Positions 40,705-50,482 of a stretch of 64,000 nucleotides of DNA are shown here, one piece after another. The notes below the pieces were generated by a model. The model saw nothing but the letters and a program-made list of their open reading frames with translations. It was not told the DNA's origin and did not search any database. Every line of letters starts with the position of its first letter. Positions within the stretch are counted from its first letter, which is position 1. This DNA is from Oligoflexia bacterium (GTDB lineage Bacteria; Bdellovibrionota; UBA1018), in the NCBI GenBank assembly GCA_963758495.1, contig CAVWVI010000003.1, positions 640,001 to 704,000 on the forward strand, in the 5' to 3' direction. The position numbers and the translations under genes were made by a program.

Positions 40705-41531
40705 AAATCCTCTTTTCCAGAAACCAGTGGTTTCAGTGCCACTGTACTTTCTGTAATCCACCCATCGAAAATAATATTCTTAGGACTTGCTCCCTCTTTG
40801 TATTTATCTAAAGTATGCATTTCAGAATCTAGCTCTGCATCCTCTTTTGAACCCTCCCTTTCTCCGTCCCAACCAATGGTCGATTTTGAGCCTTCTTCAT
40901 CAACTCCCAAAGCATTCATAAATTCATCTTTTTTTATTACACACTTACCTATATAATTCGATTTTCCCAGACAAAATCGAGCGGTTACTTTTGAGTTTGG
41001 ACCTGCAACTGGCCCAAAGATAACTTCATCCTCTTTTCCATGAATTTTTGTAAATTTAACGATAGCTCCATTAACAGCTATACAAATCGATTCTGAATTA
41101 ATCTTTTCAACGGAACCCAAAGATTGATTTAAAGTTTTTAAAGAGATTACATTACTGTGTGCCAAACATGCTTCTCCATCTGCATGCGATTGCATTTTTT
41201 TATGAAAATAAGTATTCATAAAACACCCTTTTAATGCCACTTCATTAATATCTTTTTTAGCATTTTCTTTAATATTAACATCTTGCGAAATAGTAGATTG
41301 CACCGAGAAATCAGTTCTTTGATCATTAGAAATGTTTTTTATATTTTTATCAATTTTTAATTGCTTATATTCATTTAAATTACTTATAGAATTTTTAGTC
41401 GAAGTCTCTGACTTATGAAGTTTATGACTAATAGAATAATTCCAGTAAAATATCAACAAAACAGCAATCAATGAGGAAACTAGTAATGATTTTTTAATAT
41501 AAGCCGGTCGCATACTACCTCCAGATATCAA
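40701..41531 (-). CDS. Membrane-anchored Cys-containing hypothetical protein, first gene of the operon
   Basis: N-terminal TM; stop overlaps the next ATG; GGAGG upstream of MRPAY. Confidence 0.7.
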   Translation of the reverse strand: MISGGSMRPAYIKKSLLVSSLIAVLLIFYWNYSISHKLHKSETSTKNSISNLNEYKQLKIDKNIKNISNDQRTDFSVQSTISQDVNIKENAKKDINEVALKGCFMNTYFHKKMQSHADGEACLAHSNVISLKTLNQSLGSVEKINSESICIAVNGAIVKFTKIHGKEDEVIFGPVAGPNSKVTARFCLGKSNYIGKCVIKKDEFMNALGVDEEGSKSTIGWDGEREGSKEDAELDSEMHTLDKYKEGASPKNIIFDGWITESTVALKPLVSGKEDL

Positions 41532-41941
41532 GTTAGTTTATTCGTAAAGTAATATCTTACTCAATTACTCCAGTAACAATTCATAATGTTTATCGGATAT
41601 ATTTATTATTTATGTAATAATATTTAAAAAGAATTTGGCCGCTCGTTATCGAACGAAAAATGACTAGTAAAATCTGACAAGTAAGATCTGTTTTAAAGTA
41701 AGCCGCCGCAATGAGCTGAGTTTTCAACTCAGCTTCACTCAACATCCTTATTGATAATTTATATTATTATTTAATACTAATATAAATTTTTAAAATACTC
41801 GAGCACGAAATAAATATTTTTTAGCCTAAACGAATATCATTAGTGAATAATTTTTATTTCATCTCTTGCGTCGCTACAACTTAACCGGTATGAAACTCGA
41901 TGATACATATTGTATGTTGCTAGCAAGGGGGGAATTGATAA

Positions 41942-43420
41942 ATGAATCTACGGCATACTCTAGCGCATATTGTTATTGTTTTTTTTATACTGATTTCAAC
42001 TTCATCAGCTCAAATATACGATTGGGTGCTCATGGGGCGTGATGATATTCAAGTCATCGAAGATCCAAGTGTAGAAGCTCAGCTTCGGATCCAAATGATA
42101 CGCCAAGCCAAAAACAGTATTGACTTGATAACCTTTGACCAACGTTCAGACAATGAAATAGGCATCCCGATCCTTGAAGCTCTTGAAGAAGCCGCCCTAA
42201 AGGGTGTTAAAATCCGATTTGCTATGACTTGCCTTATATCGACAATCAAGGACCCCGAAGGAATTGTCCCTACTTACCTGAAAAAAATCGCTTCTGAAGC
42301 TATCAATTTTCAGTATAACTTTGTGGGTGGCAATGTCATGAAACACCACGGATGGAAATTCATGGATGCAACCCATGAAAAGCTTATGGTTATTGATAAT
42401 AATTGGGCAGTCACCACCGGGCGAGGTCAAGGAGAACAATACTTACACTGGCTGGATACAGGCTTTGTTTTTAAAGGCCCTCTAGTGACTCAAAGTAAAG
42501 TAGCGTTCGAACACCTCTGGAGTTCAATTATCAGAGAAAATCCATACAAAACTCAGCTCCCTAAACAGACTCCAAACTTCAGTGGCGACTTAAAAAATAT
42601 TTCAATTCCAGAAAATACATTAACCCTCCCTCTTAACCCAAATCAGATTACTGAACTGAAATTCCTCACTCAGTGGCTTCTTAAACCTGCTTCCAATGGA
42701 AGAGAATATCGAGCCCGTGTTCTTCACTACGACTTTTTAGATCAGATGCGTAACTTGCCAGAAGTTCAAAACAAGAAAGCCAAACCCAGTGATTACGATT
42801 TAGACAGCAGAATTAAGCTACTCCACGATCCAGTAGTTGAAGAATCAATCGCACTCCTAAAAACAGCCAAAACCTTCAAATTCCATACCCTTTCAGTTTC
42901 TCTTCATCCAAATTTAAAAAATGCGATTTTATCTAAACTTCGGCTTTCTTCACAGTTAGGACAAGACTTTCAACTGGAAGTTTTTACGAACTCAAAGAAA
43001 TCTCACAAAAATATCATGTCTCTAGCAATTGGCTGGTACGCTGGTCTGAAAGATTTAGATGACCTACTTTGGGGATTTGATCATTCAAAGGGATTTCTTC
43101 TTGCAGACAATAAAGTCCCAGATGACCCAACATATCTTCATCGAAAATTGATTATCATTGAACAAGATCCAAGTCAGGCCAATGGTCATGAAGATAGCGT
43201 AATCTTTGGATCTCACAACCTCTCCTATTCTAGCACAGCAACCCTTGATGAAATGAGTTTCGAAATAGAAAGCTCAGATTTTGCTTCAAGAATGAATAAA
43301 GTTTTTCAGAATAGCATCTCATTACACGGACAAGTCATCGATAAAGCAAAGCTACATCATCAACGGTTAAAACATCGAGCCTCTCAATGGATCAGTAGTT
43401 ATTTAAAGTGGATATTTTAA
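41942..43420 (+). CDS. Secreted phospholipase D family protein
   Basis: Signal peptide; HEKLMVID and HRKLIIIE...GSHNL HKD-type motifs. Confidence 0.85.
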   Translation: MNLRHTLAHIVIVFFILISTSSAQIYDWVLMGRDDIQVIEDPSVEAQLRIQMIRQAKNSIDLITFDQRSDNEIGIPILEALEEAALKGVKIRFAMTCLISTIKDPEGIVPTYLKKIASEAINFQYNFVGGNVMKHHGWKFMDATHEKLMVIDNNWAVTTGRGQGEQYLHWLDTGFVFKGPLVTQSKVAFEHLWSSIIRENPYKTQLPKQTPNFSGDLKNISIPENTLTLPLNPNQITELKFLTQWLLKPASNGREYRARVLHYDFLDQMRNLPEVQNKKAKPSDYDLDSRIKLLHDPVVEESIALLKTAKTFKFHTLSVSLHPNLKNAILSKLRLSSQLGQDFQLEVFTNSKKSHKNIMSLAIGWYAGLKDLDDLLWGFDHSKGFLLADNKVPDDPTYLHRKLIIIEQDPSQANGHEDSVIFGSHNLSYSSTATLDEMSFEIESSDFASRMNKVFQNSISLHGQVIDKAKLHHQRLKHRASQWISSYLKWIF

Positions 43421-43520
43421 AAAAATAAATAAACTAACTCAAGTTTGACAAGGTGCAAAAGATCCTATAAGACACCTCTTTGATTCAGTTTGCCTCTGGA
43501 AAAGAGGGAGAGGGGACATT

Positions 43521-46283
43521 ATGATTTTACCTAATTCATTATATCAATGTTTATTTATTTTCTGTTTTATCGCTTCAGTCTATAGCTCGATTTCAAATAG
43601 CTTTGCCGAATTGAGACGAACATTCGAGTTTTCTAATGGAGCATCCGTCGTTTACGTTATCGATGAGAAAAATCATCCGAGTGACTATCGCGTTGAGTTT
43701 GTAACTCCATCTAATGAACAACAAAATAATCCTCTACTTCACCAAGGAAGAGGGTTGACTTATTTTGAGACTAATCAAGACCGTTTGCATTGGGAGTCTT
43801 TTCAAATAACAACTCCCTATCCGACGACAAATTCTGCGAGAATATCCACTGATTCGAATTCTACGTTCACGTGGTTCCAAGATAGCGGAACAAGAAAAGT
43901 TATTTTTCAAGATGGAACGATCCGATTACCTTGCAGCAATAAAGCAGTATATGAAGAAATGTGGGAAAAGTTCGTAGTTAAATCATTTGACCATAATGGT
44001 AATCAATATTCTATCGAAAGCCATTTATCAAAAGAGGGCACGGCAACAACATTTTTGTACCGTCAGAGCGATTTAAATTGCACCCCACTCGATTCTACAT
44101 TTCATCCAATAATAAATGAACATATTCAGGACTCAGTGCTCTCTATACAAGACGTTGAAGCTCAAGTGACACTGAGCAATTTATGTGTAAATTGGCCAAT
44201 CACTGAACAACAGGATATTTTTTGGTTGCATTCCTGCGAATACGCAGGCGAATTACAAAATGGTACTTCACTCATTCGACTCAGCGATAACAGCACCATC
44301 AAGATCGATTCAAAACCATTGTCTTTTTTACCCAACTCAGGATTACCCTATAGCATTAAGGACGGAATTTTAACATTCTCCACCCATACCCCTGAAAAAA
44401 AATCATCGGAGCTACTAAAAAATCGCGAAGGCACGAGCTTTCGTATGAATTTTAAGTTGGATTCTCCTCCATTTGAATTAGATTTACGTGAATTTGACGC
44501 AGAACAAAGAAAAATAAGTCAACTCGTTAAAGGTGGAGTGGTTTTTGACAAGAATCAACAACCCATTAATGTTGTCGATGAAATGAAAAATTATCCAGAG
44601 TTGGTCGCTCATTCTAAAAACTATAAAGAAAAGGCCGATCCTTCTATCATTGAATCCATTGCGTTAGCAATCATATCTAACAAAAGTGCGGTCATACTTG
44701 GAAAACCAGGCATTGGAAAAACGAGTGCAGTAAAAGCCTTTGCTCGTGAAGTAAGTCAAGGAAAAGTAAAAGGGGTTCCACGCACAACAAAAATTTTCCA
44801 AATTGAGATGGCAAAATTAGCAAGTGGAACACAATTTGCGGGTACGATTCAACAAAAGCTGAGCATACTCATCGAAGCTGCAAAGGAATTAGGATGTATT
44901 TATTTCATCGACGAAATTCATTCCACAGCAGGAATCGGAACGAGCTCCCATCAATCCAATGATATTACTCAATACATTAAAGAGCCTATTGAAACCGGAT
45001 CGATGCTGATTATAGGTACAGATACTGAACATGAATTCATAAATACTTTCTCCAGTGATCCCGCATTTATGGAACGGTTCGAACAAATTAAACTCACTCC
45101 TCCAATTGGAGATGAGCTTGAAGCCTTGATCAAAGGAAATATAGAAAATAAATATAACGTAGTCGCAGATCAGACTATTGTTAAGCAAGCAATTGAGTTG
45201 TCTAATGACTTAGATCTACTCCTTTCTCAACCTCGAGCTGCGGTAAATTTATTAAAAGTAGCCGCTGGACTCACTTTTCAGAAAAGATCTAAGGATCAAC
45301 GAATCACGGCTCAGACCCTCCATGAAGCTGCAATTACTAAATATAAAATTGATCCTTCTCATTTTTCTAGATCTCTTGTCCGTGCCAGATTTTTAAACCT
45401 AACCCAAGGCCTCGAAGAGCACCTTATTGGACAGGAAGCCGCTAAAAAGGCTATTATTTCAGTTTGGAAGAGAAAACTTACTGGAGTAGGTGATTCAGAG
45501 CAAATTAATAGTGTTCTTTTAGTAGGACCTCCAAGTGTAGGTAAGCGGAAATTAGCAGAAGTTTCGGCTAATCTTATGGGCTACGAAAAAACTATTATTG
45601 AAATGACGAAATACCCTCCCGGAAGCATGGATCAATTTCGAAGAGAAATTTACGTGGACCTTTTGAAAAGTCCTTTCAGAGTCATTATTTTGAATAATCT
45701 TGAAAAGGCTCATATCAGCTTACAGGATGCTGCCTTGTCGATGCTTCAAACTGGGAAATTTATTGTAGTTGAAAAAGTTTCTAATGAAAAGACAGTAAGC
45801 CGAGAAGTAAATACTAGCAAAGCACTTTTCATTCTGACTACAAATGCAGCAAGTCAATGGATTAAAGATAAGCAACTAGACGCAAATATTACTGATAAAC
45901 TGATTTCCGGAGGAATATCTGAAGCAATTGTCTCCCGTATTCAGTATATCGCACCTGTCTCAAACCCAGATGAGAAGGAATTTACTTTGGCGATTACAAA
46001 ATTCCTTGAAAATACATTAGCCAGAGAAGGTAAAAAACAAGGAGTCACTTTCCATTTAGACAATAAGGAATCATTTATTAAAAAAATGAGTGACCAGTAT
46101 CAAAAAACTTGCAACTTTCAAGATGCAAGGAGAATCATGCTTGAAATAGAAGAATATATTTCGGATGCAATTATCAATACCGATTTTGAACCAGGTACAA
46201 CAATAGACCTTAAATGGAATAAAAACTTTGAGCCACAGATCAAAAAGGACTCAGTGAATCCTTATGATCATCTGTACACCTGA
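43521..46283 (+). CDS. Signal-peptide-bearing ClpA/ClpB-like double AAA+ protein
   Basis: GKPGIGKT and YFIDEIH (NBD1); LIGQEAAK, GPPSVGKR, ILNNLEKAH (degenerate NBD2); N-terminus ends NSFA. Confidence 0.8.
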   Translation: MILPNSLYQCLFIFCFIASVYSSISNSFAELRRTFEFSNGASVVYVIDEKNHPSDYRVEFVTPSNEQQNNPLLHQGRGLTYFETNQDRLHWESFQITTPYPTTNSARISTDSNSTFTWFQDSGTRKVIFQDGTIRLPCSNKAVYEEMWEKFVVKSFDHNGNQYSIESHLSKEGTATTFLYRQSDLNCTPLDSTFHPIINEHIQDSVLSIQDVEAQVTLSNLCVNWPITEQQDIFWLHSCEYAGELQNGTSLIRLSDNSTIKIDSKPLSFLPNSGLPYSIKDGILTFSTHTPEKKSSELLKNREGTSFRMNFKLDSPPFELDLREFDAEQRKISQLVKGGVVFDKNQQPINVVDEMKNYPELVAHSKNYKEKADPSIIESIALAIISNKSAVILGKPGIGKTSAVKAFAREVSQGKVKGVPRTTKIFQIEMAKLASGTQFAGTIQQKLSILIEAAKELGCIYFIDEIHSTAGIGTSSHQSNDITQYIKEPIETGSMLIIGTDTEHEFINTFSSDPAFMERFEQIKLTPPIGDELEALIKGNIENKYNVVADQTIVKQAIELSNDLDLLLSQPRAAVNLLKVAAGLTFQKRSKDQRITAQTLHEAAITKYKIDPSHFSRSLVRARFLNLTQGLEEHLIGQEAAKKAIISVWKRKLTGVGDSEQINSVLLVGPPSVGKRKLAEVSANLMGYEKTIIEMTKYPPGSMDQFRREIYVDLLKSPFRVIILNNLEKAHISLQDAALSMLQTGKFIVVEKVSNEKTVSREVNTSKALFILTTNAASQWIKDKQLDANITDKLISGGISEAIVSRIQYIAPVSNPDEKEFTLAITKFLENTLAREGKKQGVTFHLDNKESFIKKMSDQYQKTCNFQDARRIMLEIEEYISDAIINTDFEPGTTIDLKWNKNFEPQIKKDSVNPYDHLYT

Positions 46284-46291
46284 AGTTTATT

Positions 46292-46325
46292 TAGGGAACT
46301 CCTGCGAAAAGGCAGGAGTTCCTTT
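46292..46325 (+). terminator. Rho-independent terminator
   Basis: GGGAACTCCTGC-gaaaag-GCAGGAGTTCCT then TT. Confidence 0.75.
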
Positions 46326-46358
46326 GATCCATAAGGAAAATATTATTTTCATAGATCC

Positions 46359-46382
46359 GTAAGCACTAAAGGAACTACTTAC
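46359..46382 (+). mobile_element. 24-nt minimal form of the GTAAG...CTTAC element
   Basis: GTAAGCAC|TAAAGGAACTACTTAC = fused ends of the 101-nt element; flanks ATAGATCC and ATAGATAC. Confidence 0.8.
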
Positions 46383-46398
46383 ATAGATACAATAATTC

Positions 46399-46782
46399 TT
46401 AATTAAGCTTTCTCATGTCCCTAAGAAAAAACAGAGGAATTTTTATATTAAACTCTTCTTGATTCTGGTTTATCATTTGGTATGCCCCTCTCATACTTCC
46501 TGTCGGGGTGGGAAGAGGACAAAAACTAGAATATTCAAAACTTTGACCTAAAATCAATTTAGGTTGCTTCCCGATAACTCCAGTGCCTTTAACTTGATGT
46601 ACTTTGCCATTTCCATCTGTAACAATCCAATGACGACTCACCAGCTGGACTGAAACGTCACTCAGATTTGTAATCTTAATTGTATATGCAAATAAGTAGA
46701 AGCTCAGTTCTGGCTTAGATTGCTCTGGCACAAAACTAGGAATAACATCGACTCGAATACCACGGGTGATTTCACAATACAT
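46399..46782 (-). CDS. apaG: ApaG protein
   Basis: FAYTIKITN, QLVSRHWIVTD, VKGTGVIGKQP, YSSFCPLPTPTGSMRG. Confidence 0.95.
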   Translation of the reverse strand: MYCEITRGIRVDVIPSFVPEQSKPELSFYLFAYTIKITNLSDVSVQLVSRHWIVTDGNGKVHQVKGTGVIGKQPKLILGQSFEYSSFCPLPTPTGSMRGAYQMINQNQEEFNIKIPLFFLRDMRKLN

Positions 46783-46962
46783 AATATCTCGCGCAATGGG
46801 CTAATGAAATTCTATACCTATTACCACCTCATTTCATGTCATCCAAAACAACACAACTTAATTTCAATATTTTAATTTGGAAATATGAACACAGAACTAT
46901 TTTAGTCCATATTCGAGCTTAATATCTATTCCCTCAAGCTCATCGTTCAAAAGCGTCAACCG

Positions 46963-47664
46963 TTAAACAATTCCAAAAGTTGCACCCACGGTTGCCATAA
47001 ACATATCTTGACCTGGTGTCGGAATAAGGTCACCTCGCAAGGATAACCCCACGTTAGGACTTACAGCCCACCCCGCACTTAACCCAAGATCTGGAAAAAA
47101 ATCTACTGCACTTCCTGAACTTGTATCCCCAGCTCGCCCAAAATACATTGATTGTCCAATTGAGCGATAAAAGAGGGAGGGTCCTAGATTGAGCGAAACA
47201 AGTGTTTTATCTGTAGGCTTATATCCTAAGGCCGCAGTCAGCGGAACCATAAAGGAATTCGCCCCTGGGATAGTTTCAGTTACAGAGTTCGTTCCGAAAA
47301 AATTTGATCCCGCTGAACCCGTATGGGTATATAAAAAGGCCGTTTCAAGTCCAAGAACCCAATTTGTAGGCATACTCATTAAGTTTGTAAGATTATAATC
47401 TAAATTAAACCCTGCCAATGCACGACTCGTGTAATTTTGATTACTATCTCCATAACCTAAGATCCCTAATCGAGGAGTAACGACAAAATTTTGATCAAAT
47501 ACTCCTTTCGTTAACTGTGCCTGCTCGGCAGTTGATGAAGGGGTAACGCCTTCCTCTGCCATGGCCGTCATGCTCACCACGGAAGCGACCAAGAAAACGC
47601 TTTTCATTAATATTCGCATAAAATTTTTCCTCCACTTCAAGTTTTTCGCACTTGAATTTTGCAT
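46963..47664 (-). CDS. Outer-membrane beta-barrel protein, hypothetical (likely start MRILMK)
   Basis: Signal peptide AMA; amphipathic beta strands; C-terminal ATFGIV. Confidence 0.65.
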   Translation of the reverse strand: MQNSSAKNLKWRKNFMRILMKSVFLVASVVSMTAMAEEGVTPSSTAEQAQLTKGVFDQNFVVTPRLGILGYGDSNQNYTSRALAGFNLDYNLTNLMSMPTNWVLGLETAFLYTHTGSAGSNFFGTNSVTETIPGANSFMVPLTAALGYKPTDKTLVSLNLGPSLFYRSIGQSMYFGRAGDTSSGSAVDFFPDLGLSAGWAVSPNVGLSLRGDLIPTPGQDMFMATVGATFGIV

Positions 47665-47804
47665 TTGCTGTTCCTAATTAAATCAGCGATCAGAATCATA
47701 CGGACCAATTTTGTAGTCCATGCAAACCTCAACGTACGCCTCGTTGTCCGGTATGCAAAGCAGTTAACATTGAAGGTCGCTGGCTTTCTAAGGATATATA
47801 ATTA

Positions 47805-49208
47805 TCAGTTATTGATTCCAGGATAAGAATAAAAGTTTAACGCAGGCAATGGAGAAAGAGGCGGTCGGGTAAAATTTGATCCACCATAAAAGGTTGGGTA
47901 ATCTAACTGTAAATGAAAATTAAATGGAATAGCCTGCGGAGTATTTAGACTTGGATTTCCAGTAGGTTGAGTTGCTGGATTAAGATTATTATATAAACTG
48001 TCAAATTGTGACACCGTACTCCACGCCCTAACAAAAATACTAATTCTATTTATAATCTCTCCGGCATCGTCCAGACACCTAAACTCGTAACTCCGTTGTG
48101 TAGGTCGAGCGACTACCGCACCAATCTTGTAAGGCCACTGTGTTGCCAAGGGTGCATTTACTGCTAAATAACCAGGCGAAGAATTAAAATAATTTGCCAC
48201 ATAGACATTGGATTGATAGCCCTGACCCGCACTATTTTTCACCACATATTGATTATTTAAAGTATTTCCTTGCAAGAATGTTAGGCTCGCTCTTGGATAA
48301 CCTTGTATGTCCTTGGTTTGAGAAGCAACAGCAGGACCCGCCAAACAGTTCGAGTCCTTCCCTCCCCAATTTGCATTTTCCTGAGTAACTACAGGAGAAG
48401 GAGATGGAGAAGGAGATGGAGAGGGACTCATTGTAGGCGTAGGAGATGCAATAGGAACATTCACTGACACATTGACAGAAACCGTAACATTATTTGTAGT
48501 CGTAACTGTATAAGCCCCTGAGCAGCAGTTCGGGCCAGTAACAGGATAGTTTGCATTTGTATAATCCGTGCTACAAGTAGGTACTCCCGCCTTAAAGTTC
48601 ACAGATGTTTGCAGTGCGGGAATGGGAGACGACGTAACTGAAGGCGATACGATTGCAAGTGGAATACTTCCATCACTTGAATATGTAGCTGGAATCGAGG
48701 GATCTAATACACCATTTGTTTGAAATAAATTAATATTTGAAGGTCCTACTCCTGGCAGATATTGATAATAATAATAAGGAATTACTTCAGCAAACGCGCA
48801 CATATCACCAGGAAAGTTATAATTAATAGGAAGATCAATGGCAAAAAGATCGAGCTCAGCACCCTCGACGATGCAATAAACATCTTGATTAGTACTACCT
48901 GCCGCTACCTTACAAGAAGAGGCCCAATCCCCATCAAGATGAGAAAGCATGGTGGTATTAGTAGGAGGTATAATATTTACAAAAAAATCAGAGGATGAAA
49001 ATGAAAACCCATTTCCAGATCCCACCGCAGCAGAGGAGGATGAGGAGGTATCAGTTGTGGACTGCTTGCAATTAAAAAGAAGACAGGAGGCTATCACAAA
49101 AAAAGGCATCCAAACTATGAAAAGATCTTTAATTTCAAATAGTTCATATTTATTTGACTTTCTACGCATGCTATTTTTATCATATACTTGTATTTTATAA
49201 AAATACAT
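47805..49208 (-). CDS. Cys/Pro-rich hypothetical lipoprotein
   Basis: LLFNC lipobox-like site, Ser linker, multiple Cys, (SP)n tract. Confidence 0.65.
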   Translation of the reverse strand: MYFYKIQVYDKNSMRRKSNKYELFEIKDLFIVWMPFFVIASCLLFNCKQSTTDTSSSSSAAVGSGNGFSFSSSDFFVNIIPPTNTTMLSHLDGDWASSCKVAAGSTNQDVYCIVEGAELDLFAIDLPINYNFPGDMCAFAEVIPYYYYQYLPGVGPSNINLFQTNGVLDPSIPATYSSDGSIPLAIVSPSVTSSPIPALQTSVNFKAGVPTCSTDYTNANYPVTGPNCCSGAYTVTTTNNVTVSVNVSVNVPIASPTPTMSPSPSPSPSPSPVVTQENANWGGKDSNCLAGPAVASQTKDIQGYPRASLTFLQGNTLNNQYVVKNSAGQGYQSNVYVANYFNSSPGYLAVNAPLATQWPYKIGAVVARPTQRSYEFRCLDDAGEIINRISIFVRAWSTVSQFDSLYNNLNPATQPTGNPSLNTPQAIPFNFHLQLDYPTFYGGSNFTRPPLSPLPALNFYSYPGINN

Positions 49209-49308
49209 TTCTTAGCATAATAATTTTAATTAAATATAAAACCCGTCAAAATTTAATCGCACTCACTTATAAAAACTACACTGGGAATGGATTTAATTAA
49301 CTCTTCAT

Positions 49309-50196
49309 TCATTTAAAATTATCTTCAATTGGGATCTCTTCAATTTTGCCTAAAAACCGTCCACAATAGACTTTCGACTCCAACCACAAAACTTCTTCTG
49401 GGACTTGATCTTGAAAAAGGACCTTTCGCCAAACTCTATTCAGCGTATCCCAACGATATCCACGTGTACGTAATAAATCTTTAGATTCAAATGGTGAACC
49501 GCTTGCAATTATTTTAGAAAATGGGCGCCGAGCAGCTTGGAGCAGCTCATATAGATATGTCGTGCACTCATCCCCCATACTTAAAAGATGAAGTAAGGCT
49601 TCCGCATCATTGAGAGCACGATGAGAATCTATAAAAAAACCATGACAAATAGAAAGGCCTTCCAATTTATGACTAAAAAATCCTTTTTGATTCCAATCAA
49701 TTTGGCGTAAAGAACAGGCCCATAATTTTCCAACAGAACTCTTCACGTGTTGTTCAATAAAAGGCCGATCAAATGCTGCATTATGTGCAATAATCACTTC
49801 TACATCTAAAAGTGCCCTTTCCACCAGCCTCCAATCAATGATCTTCCCTCGAAGGACTTCATCAGTAAGACCAGTTAAATTAGAAATTTCTTTGCTTAAT
49901 GGCTTTCCAGGATCTTGTAATTGACTATAGGCCTCTTCAATTTTTAAAATATGACCATTTTGGTTATTGAATAAAAATCTACGTAAGCCAATTTCAATAA
50001 CTGTGTCTACACTTTTATCTAATCCAGTGGTTTCAACATCAACTACAACACCAGTCTTTACTAATTCTTGATGGTTTTTAATCCACTCCTGACTTGCATA
50101 ATCAGGCGATATAAATTGTCCAGAAAATTTCCTTAAAATAACTGTTTCACCATCTTCAGACATTCCTCTCCACTTAAATTTCACATGCAACTCCAC
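49309..50196 (-). CDS. DEDDh 3'-5' exonuclease (DNA Pol III epsilon-like)
   Basis: DVETTG, IIAHNAAFDRPF, HRALNDA. Confidence 0.9.
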   Translation of the reverse strand: MELHVKFKWRGMSEDGETVILRKFSGQFISPDYASQEWIKNHQELVKTGVVVDVETTGLDKSVDTVIEIGLRRFLFNNQNGHILKIEEAYSQLQDPGKPLSKEISNLTGLTDEVLRGKIIDWRLVERALLDVEVIIAHNAAFDRPFIEQHVKSSVGKLWACSLRQIDWNQKGFFSHKLEGLSICHGFFIDSHRALNDAEALLHLLSMGDECTTYLYELLQAARRPFSKIIASGSPFESKDLLRTRGYRWDTLNRVWRKVLFQDQVPEEVLWLESKVYCGRFLGKIEEIPIEDNFK

Positions 50197-50204
50197 TTCT
50201 TTTA

Positions 50205-50450
50205 CTAATCTAGGAAGACAACAAGGACACCTTCATTATCTTTTCCATTAGATAACTTTTCATAAGCCCATGGATAGTGAGCCTGTTTAAGGTATTGAAT
50301 GACGAGCTTTCTAACGATTCCAGTTCCTTTTCCGGTCATGATACGAGCTTGCTTCAAGCCTTTACTATTCACACTTAAAATAAAGCGATCAACAACCTCA
50401 ATAATTTGTTCGCCTTTAAAACCATGAAGATCAAGTAAATCTTTAGCCAT
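50205..50450 (-). CDS. Stand-alone Smr/MutS2 domain protein
   Basis: LDLHG, IMTGKGTGIVR, GVLVV. Confidence 0.88.
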   Translation of the reverse strand: MAKDLLDLHGFKGEQIIEVVDRFILSVNSKGLKQARIMTGKGTGIVRKLVIQYLKQAHYPWAYEKLSNGKDNEGVLVVFLD

Positions 50451-50482
50451 TCACACTCCGCTCAAAACTTAAAAGTCTTAGA

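Noticed and set aside
41698..41745. GTAAGCC followed by hairpin AGCTGAGTT/AACTCAGCT as another element copy
   Set aside because: No similarity beyond GTAAGC, no matching right end and no TSD
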